64,000 bases of DNA from a virus. The stretch lies in the IMG/VR virus record IMGVR_UViG_3300022774_000002; one strand, given 5' to 3'. Below the pieces are notes generated by a model. That model did not search any database. It was not told the origin of the DNA and saw nothing but the letters and a program-made list of their open reading frames with translations. Shown piece by piece: positions 15,651-22,363 of the stretch. The translations under genes and the position numbers were made by a program. Within the stretch, counting starts at the first letter, position 1. Every line of letters starts with the position of its first letter.

Positions 15651-15830
15651 CTACTGTTCCCTCTGCTCCATCAATATATTCATTGAGTCGGCTTGTTCAT
15701 CAGGGAATATCTCTTTGACGATTTCCCAACGCTCATCGTTTGTTCTTTCAACACTGAAATCGTCTTTATTTAGATTGACGACTGAGTAGCGGCGTGCTAA
15801 TTTCAGCACCCCCTCCTCTCTTTCATACAT
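15651..15830 (-). CDS. small hypothetical protein (59 aa), below the ORF-track cutoff
   Basis: Hand translation: AGGTGG SD, 4-nt spacer, ATG at 15830, then MYEREEGVLKLARRYSVVNLNKDDFSVERTNDERWEIVKEIFPDEQADSMNILMEQREQ and a stop at 15651-15653. Confidence 0.5.
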   Translation of the reverse strand: MYEREEGVLKLARRYSVVNLNKDDFSVERTNDERWEIVKEIFPDEQADSMNILMEQREQ

Positions 15831-15840
15831 ATTACCACCT

Positions 15841-16155
15841 CTACATTAAATAACGCATGTCGTAACTTTCAATGATATACTTATCACGAATTGGAAAGTG
15901 ACCTTTATCTGAGATCTCCATTCTAATTTGGTCAGGAATTCCTTCATCAAATTTATCCATCATATAGTGAATTACTGCGTCTTGCTGTTCTTCTGTTAAT
16001 GCATTCCAGTCAACAAGGAACACACTTTTAAGTGAACCGCGTAAGTTCGCATTAACCGGGGTTTGTTGTATCAAAGGAACATACCCATCAGTGAATATGT
16101 ATCCCAGTTTATTTTTACCATCATAAGTTAGTAAACGTTGACATTCTGCAGGCAT
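15841..16155 (-). CDS. hypothetical protein
   Basis: 104-aa ORF in the minus-strand operon. Its start follows the conserved GNRA hairpin at 16166-16188. Confidence 0.6.
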   Translation of the reverse strand: MPAECQRLLTYDGKNKLGYIFTDGYVPLIQQTPVNANLRGSLKSVFLVDWNALTEEQQDAVIHYMMDKFDEGIPDQIRMEISDKGHFPIRDKYIIESYDMRYLM

Positions 16156-16165
16156 AAAGATATAT

Positions 16166-16188
16166 CAGGGAGTGTTGCCACGCCCCTG
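16166..16188 (-). promoter_or_regulatory. conserved intergenic RNA hairpin with GNRA (GCAA) tetraloop, copy 1
   Basis: Minus-strand reading is CAGGGGCGUG-GCAA-CACUCCCUG (one bulged C). It is homologous to 18176-18199 and is followed by AUAUAUCUUUAUG, which contains the next start codon. Confidence 0.6.
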
Positions 16189-16195
16189 TCCTATA

Positions 16196-16594
16196 TTATT
16201 CAGATTGTTTATTCTCAAGCCACTCCTTCACTTTAGCAAGAGGCATCTCCACATTTTTGTCGTTTGGTATATGTGCGATGACTTCTTCTTTGAAACGCTG
16301 ATACCAACGCATAGCGATGTCTTTATCACAAGTAGCGTCTAACAAAATACCTAAAGCACACTGAGCGGGACCGCTACCACCATAGCCCCAGTTGAAACCA
16401 TCGGGACTATGGTTTATGAGTGCTTGACTTGGTACTGGACTCAATTCAGTAAGACTATCAGGTATGGGATCACCGTTTTCATCTTCCTCACCGATATAAA
16501 CTGGAAATCCGCCCATAAGTGTTCGACTGGAACAGTCAAACAGATAGACCTTGTTTCTGATTTTAGTCTTAGAGTTATCACTCCTTTGATTCAT
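16196..16594 (-). CDS. hypothetical protein (conserved-looking NHSPDGFNWGYGGSGPAQCALGILLD core)
   Basis: 132-aa ORF. The Gly-rich core looks like a conserved phage domain of unknown function. No family name asserted. Confidence 0.6.
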   Translation of the reverse strand: MNQRSDNSKTKIRNKVYLFDCSSRTLMGGFPVYIGEEDENGDPIPDSLTELSPVPSQALINHSPDGFNWGYGGSGPAQCALGILLDATCDKDIAMRWYQRFKEEVIAHIPNDKNVEMPLAKVKEWLENKQSE

Positions 16595-17201
16595 GATTAT
16601 CTCCTATACTCATTGCCTCGCTTGCTTTACGCACCTTTTCAACATCAACACCAAGATAAGCCTGTGTAGTCTTTACATCCTGATGTCCAAGCATTTCCTT
16701 GACAGTAAAAATATCAGGTAAGATAGCATAAAGCCGTTGAGCATAACTCTTACGCAATGAATGTGTAGCGAGGTTGCCGTTCAAACCCGACCTTTCGCAC
16801 ACATCTTTGAATACCTGATGTGCTCGTTGCCTTGTGATCGAGACATGTTTTCCTTTTCGTTTCTGTCGCGATGGGAACAAGGGACGTTGTGGGTCTGTAT
16901 TCCCAAAGTATTCCTGATGCCACTCTATAAGGTCAGAGATTGCTTTCACGCCATCCGAATTGACTGGAACAGTGCGAGCGTTCTCTTTTCCTTTTACGAC
17001 ATACTTATTAAAGTGCAAAGTTTCAACAGGCTTGTCGTTCTGATAAACATCAGAGATTGTGAGAGCGAGCAGCTCACTAATCCGTCCACCTGTAGAAACA
17101 CCGATGAGAACGAGAGACTTATCACGTGTAGCAAATTCGCCATCAAAGCAGTCTGCTATTACACGGAGTTCGTCATTGCTGAGTGGTCTTGCTCCTCGCA
17201 T
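16578..17201 (-). CDS. int: tyrosine recombinase/integrase, catalytic domain only (207 aa)
   Basis: Catalytic signature in order: GGRISELLAL (Arg I), VVKGKENARTVPV (Lys), ATHSLRKSYAQ (His-x-x-Arg), LGHQDVKTTQAYL (His and the nucleophilic Tyr). GGAGA SD lies 4 nt upstream of the ATG. No N-terminal core-binding domain. Confidence 0.85.
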   Translation of the reverse strand: MRGARPLSNDELRVIADCFDGEFATRDKSLVLIGVSTGGRISELLALTISDVYQNDKPVETLHFNKYVVKGKENARTVPVNSDGVKAISDLIEWHQEYFGNTDPQRPLFPSRQKRKGKHVSITRQRAHQVFKDVCERSGLNGNLATHSLRKSYAQRLYAILPDIFTVKEMLGHQDVKTTQAYLGVDVEKVRKASEAMSIGDNHESKE

Positions 17202-17446
17202 AGTATCTCCTTTTCTCGTTGATCCCGCTCACAATCAATACAATCGGGTTCATGAGGTGTCGGACATCCACATTTATCGCAGAACTTATGCTCTGCTTCA
17301 AATCCGTATTTCTCGGACACATCATTTGCCCTTTGCGTCCATTCGGCATCGGTTTCATCTATACTTAGTGGACGCTTACAGACTACTTCAAGTTCATTGT
17401 TGCATAGTTCATTATAGCAACATTCACATTGAAATTCATTGTTCAT
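17159..17446 (-). CDS. Cys-rich (zinc-finger-like) small protein
   Basis: 95 aa with CECC...C near the N-terminus and CDKCGC...CIDC near the C-terminus. AAGGGG SD. The 3' end overlaps int by 43 nt in another frame. Confidence 0.65.
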   Translation of the reverse strand: MNNEFQCECCYNELCNNELEVVCKRPLSIDETDAEWTQRANDVSEKYGFEAEHKFCDKCGCPTPHEPDCIDCERDQREKEILCEEQDHSAMTNSV

Positions 17447-17483
17447 GGGTAACCCCTTATGGTAAAATAAGGTTGTCGTTAGG

Positions 17484-17581
17484 AAGGTGGGAAATCAGAC
17501 TCCCACCTTTTCAATCTGCCCAGTGCAGATTGAGATACGCAAGCAGGGAATTGAACCCTGCCATACGCACCAGCGTTGCGT
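17484..17581 (-). ncRNA. structured intergenic element, copy 1: tRNA top-half mimic (17536-17581) plus two hairpins (17511-17533, 17484-17509)
   Basis: Minus strand reads ACGCAA|CGC-UGGU-GCG|UAUG|GCAGGG-UUCAAUU-CCCUGC|UUGCGU|A, then UCAAUCUGC-ACUGG-GCAGAUUGA, then AAGGUGGGA-GUCUGAUU-UCCCACCUU. Homologous to 19572-19676 with compensatory changes. Confidence 0.7.
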
Positions 17582-17811
17582 TATTTAGAACATCCTATAC
17601 ACCTGTAGAAAATAAAATCAGGACGAACTTTTTCCCAATGATGCTCCATAGGTTTTCCGCATTCAGGACAATAAGCGTATTTATCCTTTAGCCCCTTTTC
17701 CTTGAGTAAATCGTTGCACCTGTCTACCCAATCGTAAAGAGATTCATTCGGTTTACGGTTGTTCTGGATTTCTTTTAATGCTTGGCTAATCTCTTTAGTC
17801 ATTTTAGTCAT
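17581..17811 (-). CDS. zinc-ribbon protein (76 aa)
   Basis: Start moved to the ATG at 17811, which overlaps the upstream stop as TAATG and has a GAGGAA SD. C-terminus CPECGKPMEHHWEKVRPDFIFYRCIGCSK has two CxxC pairs. Confidence 0.65.
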   Translation of the reverse strand: MTKMTKEISQALKEIQNNRKPNESLYDWVDRCNDLLKEKGLKDKYAYCPECGKPMEHHWEKVRPDFIFYRCIGCSK

Positions 17812-18167
17812 TAGTATTCCTCTGCTAACATTACCGTCATCAGACGATAAGCAGTTAGGAAATCGGATTCGTCCTCGCCCCATTCTTCATCATCTGGCAT
17901 ATCACACCTTGAATCTTGGAAGTAGTCAATCTTCCAGTAGATTTTAGGTTGTCCTTCAATCTGGACGACACCGAAATCGTGTTCTTTGTGTGGGTCATTC
18001 CCAGAAGGGAATTCGGATTGAGTTTTGATTGCCTTGATGACTTGTTGAAATACATCAGTTGGCAATCCGTTGACACCTTGAGTAAAACATACTTTACCAT
18101 AACTTATAGGTTGTGATAACACAGTTTTACGGAATATATCATTACGTATTTGCATTTGGGTCATCAT
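17811..18167 (-). CDS. DUF3768-like protein
   Basis: GNDPHKEHDFGVVQIEGQPKIYWKIDYFQD ... LMTVMLAEEY matches my recollection of the DUF3768 signature (NDPxGEHDFG...WKIDYYD...MLAsEY) seen on plasmids and phages. Needs an HMM check. Confidence 0.65.
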   Translation of the reverse strand: MMTQMQIRNDIFRKTVLSQPISYGKVCFTQGVNGLPTDVFQQVIKAIKTQSEFPSGNDPHKEHDFGVVQIEGQPKIYWKIDYFQDSRCDMPDDEEWGEDESDFLTAYRLMTVMLAEEY

Positions 18168-18175
18168 AAGAAAAT

Positions 18176-18199
18176 CAGGGACATGTCACCATGCCCCTG
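18176..18199 (-). promoter_or_regulatory. conserved intergenic RNA hairpin with GNRA (GUGA) tetraloop, copy 2
   Basis: Minus-strand reading is CAGGGGCAUG-GUGA-CAUGUCCCUG: a 10-bp stem including one G-U pair, followed by AUUUUCUUAUG containing the next start codon. Confidence 0.6.
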
Positions 18200-18206
18200 C
18201 CTATTT

Positions 18207-19118
18207 TTATCCAAACATATCAACGGTTTCAGCGAAAAGGTCTTGATATTCACTTTCAACCTCTGGAATATCGCTACGTTCACCTTTTAGGTCTTCAACC
18301 ATTAGCGATATATCTGATGAGAGTTCGGCAAGTTTGCTAATTCGGTTCTGTAGGTCTTTCTGTCGTTCGGTCAACTCCTTGATGTCAAGTAGGTAGTGAT
18401 TACCTTCCTTTTTGGTATCAAGATCTCTGATGATGAGCGTGAAAGTTCCGACATCACACTCATTGTCATAGGCATCAATCCAATTAGATAGACGTTCAGA
18501 ATGTGTGAGTTGTGCTTTCGGTACACCTGCATTGTGTATCAAAACACACTTGTCATCTACGTGAACTTCATATCTGCTATTGAAAATCTCTGATACGACA
18601 TTTGCTATGGCACAATGTTCACAATCACCACGAATACTATCATCAATATGTTTCCGTGTGACTCTGCGTTCTATGCCAGCAAGATGTAAATCATCAATGT
18701 TATAGCTGCCAATCCCGTAGTCAATACCGACTGCGAGTTGTTCACCATCTGGTAAGGTTTCATCTCTACCGATGTAAATCATACCGACTGAAACATTCTC
18801 ACCTTTTTCAAATCTTATCTGCCAATCACGGAGTTGTAGCGTCAAAGGAATAACAAGACAGAAACGTGTATCGTCTTCATAAAACTCCGCTTGTTCACCG
18901 TCTACACCAACCTCAACACCTTCAAGATGTTCAACCATATCGGTCAAAACATTCGTGATTGGACATTCACCCGCATAGTCTTGACATACAGATGATGCCA
19001 TTTTCAGTTCCATACCTTCTCTGGCATTTTGGATTTCAACGACTGACATGAAACCTGTTAACTTTTCAAAATCACCTTCGGAAAAAGTAGTAGGTATTCC
19101 AATATTGGAATTCATCAT
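18207..19118 (-). CDS. hypothetical acidic protein with C-terminal coiled coil
   Basis: 303-aa ORF with GAGGTG SD. The C-terminal KELTERQKDLQNRISKLAELSSDISLMVEDLKGER is heptad-like. Confidence 0.65.
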   Translation of the reverse strand: MMNSNIGIPTTFSEGDFEKLTGFMSVVEIQNAREGMELKMASSVCQDYAGECPITNVLTDMVEHLEGVEVGVDGEQAEFYEDDTRFCLVIPLTLQLRDWQIRFEKGENVSVGMIYIGRDETLPDGEQLAVGIDYGIGSYNIDDLHLAGIERRVTRKHIDDSIRGDCEHCAIANVVSEIFNSRYEVHVDDKCVLIHNAGVPKAQLTHSERLSNWIDAYDNECDVGTFTLIIRDLDTKKEGNHYLLDIKELTERQKDLQNRISKLAELSSDISLMVEDLKGERSDIPEVESEYQDLFAETVDMFG

Positions 19119-19139
19119 TTTAGCACCTCAATAAGTGTA

Positions 19140-19274
19140 TTAGTAGCGTCTCTTACCACGCAGACGACTCCGTAATCTTTCACGTCTCTTACGACGTTCC
19201 AGTTTTAACTCTATACTTGACAGAATAATACCTGTCGCAACTAATAAGAATGAAAGAATACACGTTGCCAACAT
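19140..19274 (-). CDS. small membrane protein (44 aa: one TM segment plus Arg-rich tail), below the ORF-track cutoff
   Basis: Hand translation gives MLATCILSFLLVATGIILSSIELKLERRKRRERLRSRLRGKRRY. The ATG overlaps the upstream stop as TAATG. Stop at 19140-19142. Confidence 0.5.
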   Translation of the reverse strand: MLATCILSFLLVATGIILSSIELKLERRKRRERLRSRLRGKRRY

Positions 19275-19510
19275 TAGTCTGCTACCTCCGATAACTCGGT
19301 TTGCTGTGCTTCATAGGATTCTGTTGCCAGAAACAGAGCAGTTCCGAAACTTGTGAGTTGGGATGCATGGAATTCACCGCTCTCCCACCCTTTACGAATG
19401 AAAAATACCAAATACCTGTCATCACCTAACTCACGGATAACTACACCGCTTGATGTGCCGTTATCATCGTGTTTCACAACGACACTCTCATTGACTTCAA
19501 ATTTTTCCAT
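19274..19510 (-). CDS. hypothetical protein (78 aa)
   Basis: AGGAAAGGA SD upstream of the ATG at 19510. First gene downstream of tRNA-like element copy 2. Confidence 0.6.
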   Translation of the reverse strand: MEKFEVNESVVVKHDDNGTSSGVVIRELGDDRYLVFFIRKGWESGEFHASQLTSFGTALFLATESYEAQQTELSEVAD

Positions 19511-19571
19511 TGTTCCTTTCCTGTGTTCTGTAGTAAAATACTACTTATGAGATTTGCGACTCATGAATGTT

Positions 19572-19676
19572 GTAGGGAGTCGTTGAATAACCGCTCCCTA
19601 CTTCAACTCCACACAATGCAGAATTGAATGCGTAAGGATGGAATTGAACCATCCTAAAACACACCAGTGTTTACGC
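19572..19676 (-). ncRNA. structured intergenic element, copy 2: tRNA top-half mimic (19629-19676) plus two hairpins (19602-19628, 19572-19601)
   Basis: Minus strand reads GCGUAA|ACAC-UGGU-GUGU|UUUA|GGAUGG-UUCAAUU-CCAUCC|UUACGC|A, then UUCAAUUCUGCA-UUG-UGUGGAGUUGAA, then GUAGGGAG-(14 nt)-CUCCCUAC. Confidence 0.7.
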
Positions 19677-19681
19677 GATGA

Positions 19682-20053
19682 CTAATAGTATGTTGATTCC
19701 AAATTTGGAATGGGATCATCAGAATAGCGTGTCGGTTCTGTTGTGAATTCACAATAACCGTTCACTATGCCATCAGATAAATCCTGTTCTCTGATTGTTT
19801 CCACATAAACATGACGTTCTAAATCTAACCAGAGAAAACCAAGCATAAAATAGTCGTTCCATTGGAAAAAATCAGTAATCACACCAGCGTCAATCGTTAT
19901 CTCACCTTCAAAAAATGCGTTAGTATGGTCTGCTACAACTTTACCAGCGTATTCAGATAAGACTTGACGAAAATCTTGATTACACCATGCTACCTTACGG
20001 GAGTCAGCATCGTTCAAATCAATGGATTCTAAATAGTGGGAAAAGGTATTCAT
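19682..20053 (-). CDS. hypothetical protein
   Basis: 123-aa ORF. Its start overlaps the upstream stop (ATGA). Confidence 0.6.
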   Translation of the reverse strand: MNTFSHYLESIDLNDADSRKVAWCNQDFRQVLSEYAGKVVADHTNAFFEGEITIDAGVITDFFQWNDYFMLGFLWLDLERHVYVETIREQDLSDGIVNGYCEFTTEPTRYSDDPIPNLESTYY

Positions 20054-20394
20054 TGTTGTTCTCCTAATAAAGTCTGAATAGCATTGTCAAGTATCGCAAT
20101 AATATCGCTATGCGTTGTCTTCGGAGCATCGTTATACCAGTGAACACACCGAAAATCTGACACCTGCTTGACTTCATTTTCTAACCTGTAAATTGCGTCC
20201 TTCGTAATGCTATAGGAAACACCATTCAGAATTGATACTCTGTCAAATGCACCTAACACACAGAACTTGCAAGCACGGTTAGAATCAGGTTTCACTTCTC
20301 TACCTTTGTCAGATATAGCATTCTTCTTCTTTATCCAGTTATCAGGATTAGCAATCAATGACTTTGTTTGGGTTAGTAATTCAATGGAATTCAT
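20050..20394 (-). CDS. hypothetical protein
   Basis: 114-aa ORF with GAAGGA SD. Preceded by the GGTAG-family hairpin. Confidence 0.6.
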   Translation of the reverse strand: MNSIELLTQTKSLIANPDNWIKKKNAISDKGREVKPDSNRACKFCVLGAFDRVSILNGVSYSITKDAIYRLENEVKQVSDFRCVHWYNDAPKTTHSDIIAILDNAIQTLLGEQQ

Positions 20395-20424
20395 GATAAA
20401 ATATCCTTCTAATGATTTGATTAG

Positions 20425-20452
20425 GTAGCAGGTAGCCGATACTACCTGCTAC
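20425..20452. repeat. GGTAG...CTACC intergenic hairpin family, copy A
   Basis: GTAGCAGGTAG-ccgata-CTACCTGCTAC forms an 11-bp perfect stem. It shares the 16-nt core GGTAGCCGATACTACC with copy B. Confidence 0.75.
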
Positions 20453-20457
20453 TGCGT

Positions 20458-20850
20458 TTAAAATCCAAGTATGGAATGAGTGAAAACTAACGATATTTCA
20501 AGGATCTTCTGACAATCAGGAGTGTCATCTGTAGGACGCAATTCAACAAGGGTTTTCTTTGTATTACCTTTGTGGTCTATCAGATAGATTTTACCTACAT
20601 CATCAATGCCAACATCCCACCATTCCTCGTGTCCATCAGCAAATACTACCTCTGCTTGTGCCTGTTTAGGTTTTAGGTCATATCGCAATGGAATGAGAGT
20701 AACCTTGCCATCCTCTATATCGTTTATCTCAAGGTCTTGAGCATTCAGGAATTCGTTCAACAATACTTTACCTTCACTGCTCAAAGACTCATACAACTGT
20801 TCCATAATCTCAGGATTTATGCGTTCTGGAAACAATCTAACAGTACTCAT
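20458..20850 (-). CDS. hypothetical protein
   Basis: Start moved to the ATG at 20850 (GAGGTG SD, 5-nt spacer). 130 aa. Confidence 0.6.
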   Translation of the reverse strand: MSTVRLFPERINPEIMEQLYESLSSEGKVLLNEFLNAQDLEINDIEDGKVTLIPLRYDLKPKQAQAEVVFADGHEEWWDVGIDDVGKIYLIDHKGNTKKTLVELRPTDDTPDCQKILEISLVFTHSILGF

Positions 20851-20866
20851 ATTACACCTCATAAAA

Positions 20867-20900
20867 AACAGGTAGATAGTTTTGATACCACCTACCTGTT
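20867..20900. repeat. GGTAG...CTACC intergenic hairpin family, copy C (larger loop)
   Basis: AACAGGTAG-(16 nt containing GATAC)-CTACCTGTT forms a 9-bp perfect stem. Confidence 0.65.
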
Positions 20901-20906
20901 AGATTA

Positions 20907-21641
20907 TTACCAAGCCATTCCCCATCTTGGGCAGTCAAGTTCGGTAAGTGCTTTGTCCACGATTGCGTCTTCAGGTATCCAATCAAGATAATCATCTTCC
21001 GTGTCAAGTAAAGCATTATGAAATAGGTCAATGTTTATGGATTGCTCCGTCAACACTGCTCCGTCTCCACCATTAGCACCTGTATCAACAAAAACAATAC
21101 AGGGTTTTGATAGATTAGGATATTCCATCGCTATAACGCCGTTCCGATGGTAAACCTTGTAAGTCACCTTGTTGTTCTCTATGACTTCTTGATAGGCAAC
21201 ACCACTGCACATACCTCTACCAACATCCCCGTCAGGATGTATCTCGTGATAATCTTTGCCATCATTCACTGTGCTAATCGTCTCCGTTATCTGGTCAATA
21301 TATTCTGTAAGTCGTTCGTCAACTTCAGCACGGGTTCTATAGAGTGAAACCATACATATAACCGAGTTGTCTTGATTAAATCCGAATTCTTTGTCTAACC
21401 TCTGGACAAACAAGACACACTGAAAAGTTTCAACCTCGTAATGTTCAAGTTTCACAGTCAAAGGTAAGTTGTGAGTTCGGATAACTTCTAACTTCGCTAA
21501 GTTTCGGTCATTAGCAGAGATGACTTTGTAATAACTGCCATCGTGATAGAAACAATAAACATCACCGTTCATAAAAAGTTGAGTTCTGCAAGACAAGTGA
21601 TTGTCAAGGATTGCTTGAGCATCAGAATTCAATTGAGTCAT
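20907..21641 (-). CDS. hypothetical protein
   Basis: Start moved to the ATG at 21641 (GAGGT SD, 7-nt spacer). The track start at 21671 lacks an SD. 244 aa. Confidence 0.6.
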   Translation of the reverse strand: MTQLNSDAQAILDNHLSCRTQLFMNGDVYCFYHDGSYYKVISANDRNLAKLEVIRTHNLPLTVKLEHYEVETFQCVLFVQRLDKEFGFNQDNSVICMVSLYRTRAEVDERLTEYIDQITETISTVNDGKDYHEIHPDGDVGRGMCSGVAYQEVIENNKVTYKVYHRNGVIAMEYPNLSKPCIVFVDTGANGGDGAVLTEQSINIDLFHNALLDTEDDYLDWIPEDAIVDKALTELDCPRWGMAW

Positions 21642-21688
21642 TTGAGTTACCTCGCTTGATTCATCAATCATCTGTGTCCAAGTGAGTT

Positions 21689-21712
21689 GACTGGTAGCCG
21701 ATACTACCAGTC
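21689..21712. repeat. GGTAG...CTACC intergenic hairpin family, copy B
   Basis: GACTGGTAG-ccgata-CTACCAGTC forms a 9-bp perfect stem with the same hexaloop as copy A. Confidence 0.75.
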
Positions 21713-21718
21713 ATTGAT

Positions 21719-22078
21719 TTACATCAAATCGTGTAGGTTTAAACCTTGTGAGTGAAGTTTTTTAGCAATCTGTTCACGGATCTTTGCTTTCTCCATCGCA
21801 TCACCTTCACCAATGGTCTCACCTAATCGCTTGTAAACCGAAACTAAAGTCTCAACAGAAGGTTTGACTATCAGTTTGGCAGGCGTGATAAATGAGACAT
21901 TCACCACACCTAAATCACCCAACTGGTCAGGTTTGTATCTCTTATCATTGATTTCAACATACTCAATCCTACCTTTGTTATCCGTTCTGGCAGGAAATAC
22001 ATAGCTGCTACCATCAAGGAAAAATACATCAACATTCTGTTCAAAACTCCAATTGCGTTTGTATATCAAGTCTTTCAC
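21719..22078 (-). CDS. hypothetical protein; first gene of the leftward operon
   Basis: Start moved to the GTG at 22078 (AAGGAG SD, 7-nt spacer). The track start at 22102 is a TTG without an SD. Confidence 0.6.
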   Translation of the reverse strand: MKDLIYKRNWSFEQNVDVFFLDGSSYVFPARTDNKGRIEYVEINDKRYKPDQLGDLGVVNVSFITPAKLIVKPSVETLVSVYKRLGETIGEGDAMEKAKIREQIAKKLHSQGLNLHDLM

Positions 22079-22363
22079 CAGATTACTCCTTGTGATTAGC
22101 AATTCCTGTGTCCTTTTCCATTTGTGCTACGATTTTTTTGGAAATCTAACAATAGCATAGTGGTAAGGGTTTAGGAACTACTCACCGATGATTGATTAGT
22201 GTTTTGTCAATCACACCTCCATACTCCACCATCTGTGCAGGGTTTACCTAACTTTCGTCAGGTTCTCATTCTACAACCTTTCTGGAGAAGGTATCTCCAC
22301 GTGTTGTCCTCACGGGAGGGATTGACTATTCAGATTTCAATGAACATTTGATTTTACGAAGTC

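Noticed and set aside
17159-17201. A programmed frameshift fusing the Cys-rich ORF to the short integrase to make a full-length recombinase.
   Set aside because: The 43-nt overlap has no slippery heptamer. The integrase ATG also has its own GGAGA Shine-Dalgarno, so independent initiation is the simpler reading.
17536-17581. A canonical tRNA gene, suggested by a perfect GGTTCAATTCC T-arm on the minus strand (also at 19629-19676).
   Set aside because: Only 15-16 nt separate the 5' strand of the closing stem from the T-stem. There is no anticodon stem-loop, and no complementary acceptor strand exists further upstream. I report it as a tRNA-like element and not as a tRNA.
16761-17691. Plus-strand ORFs 16761..17222 (153 aa) and 17059..17691 (210 aa).
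   Set aside because: They are antisense to the integrase and Zn-finger genes, which have catalytic motifs and SDs. They also run through the structured intergenic element. Their translations are low-complexity and unlike real proteins.
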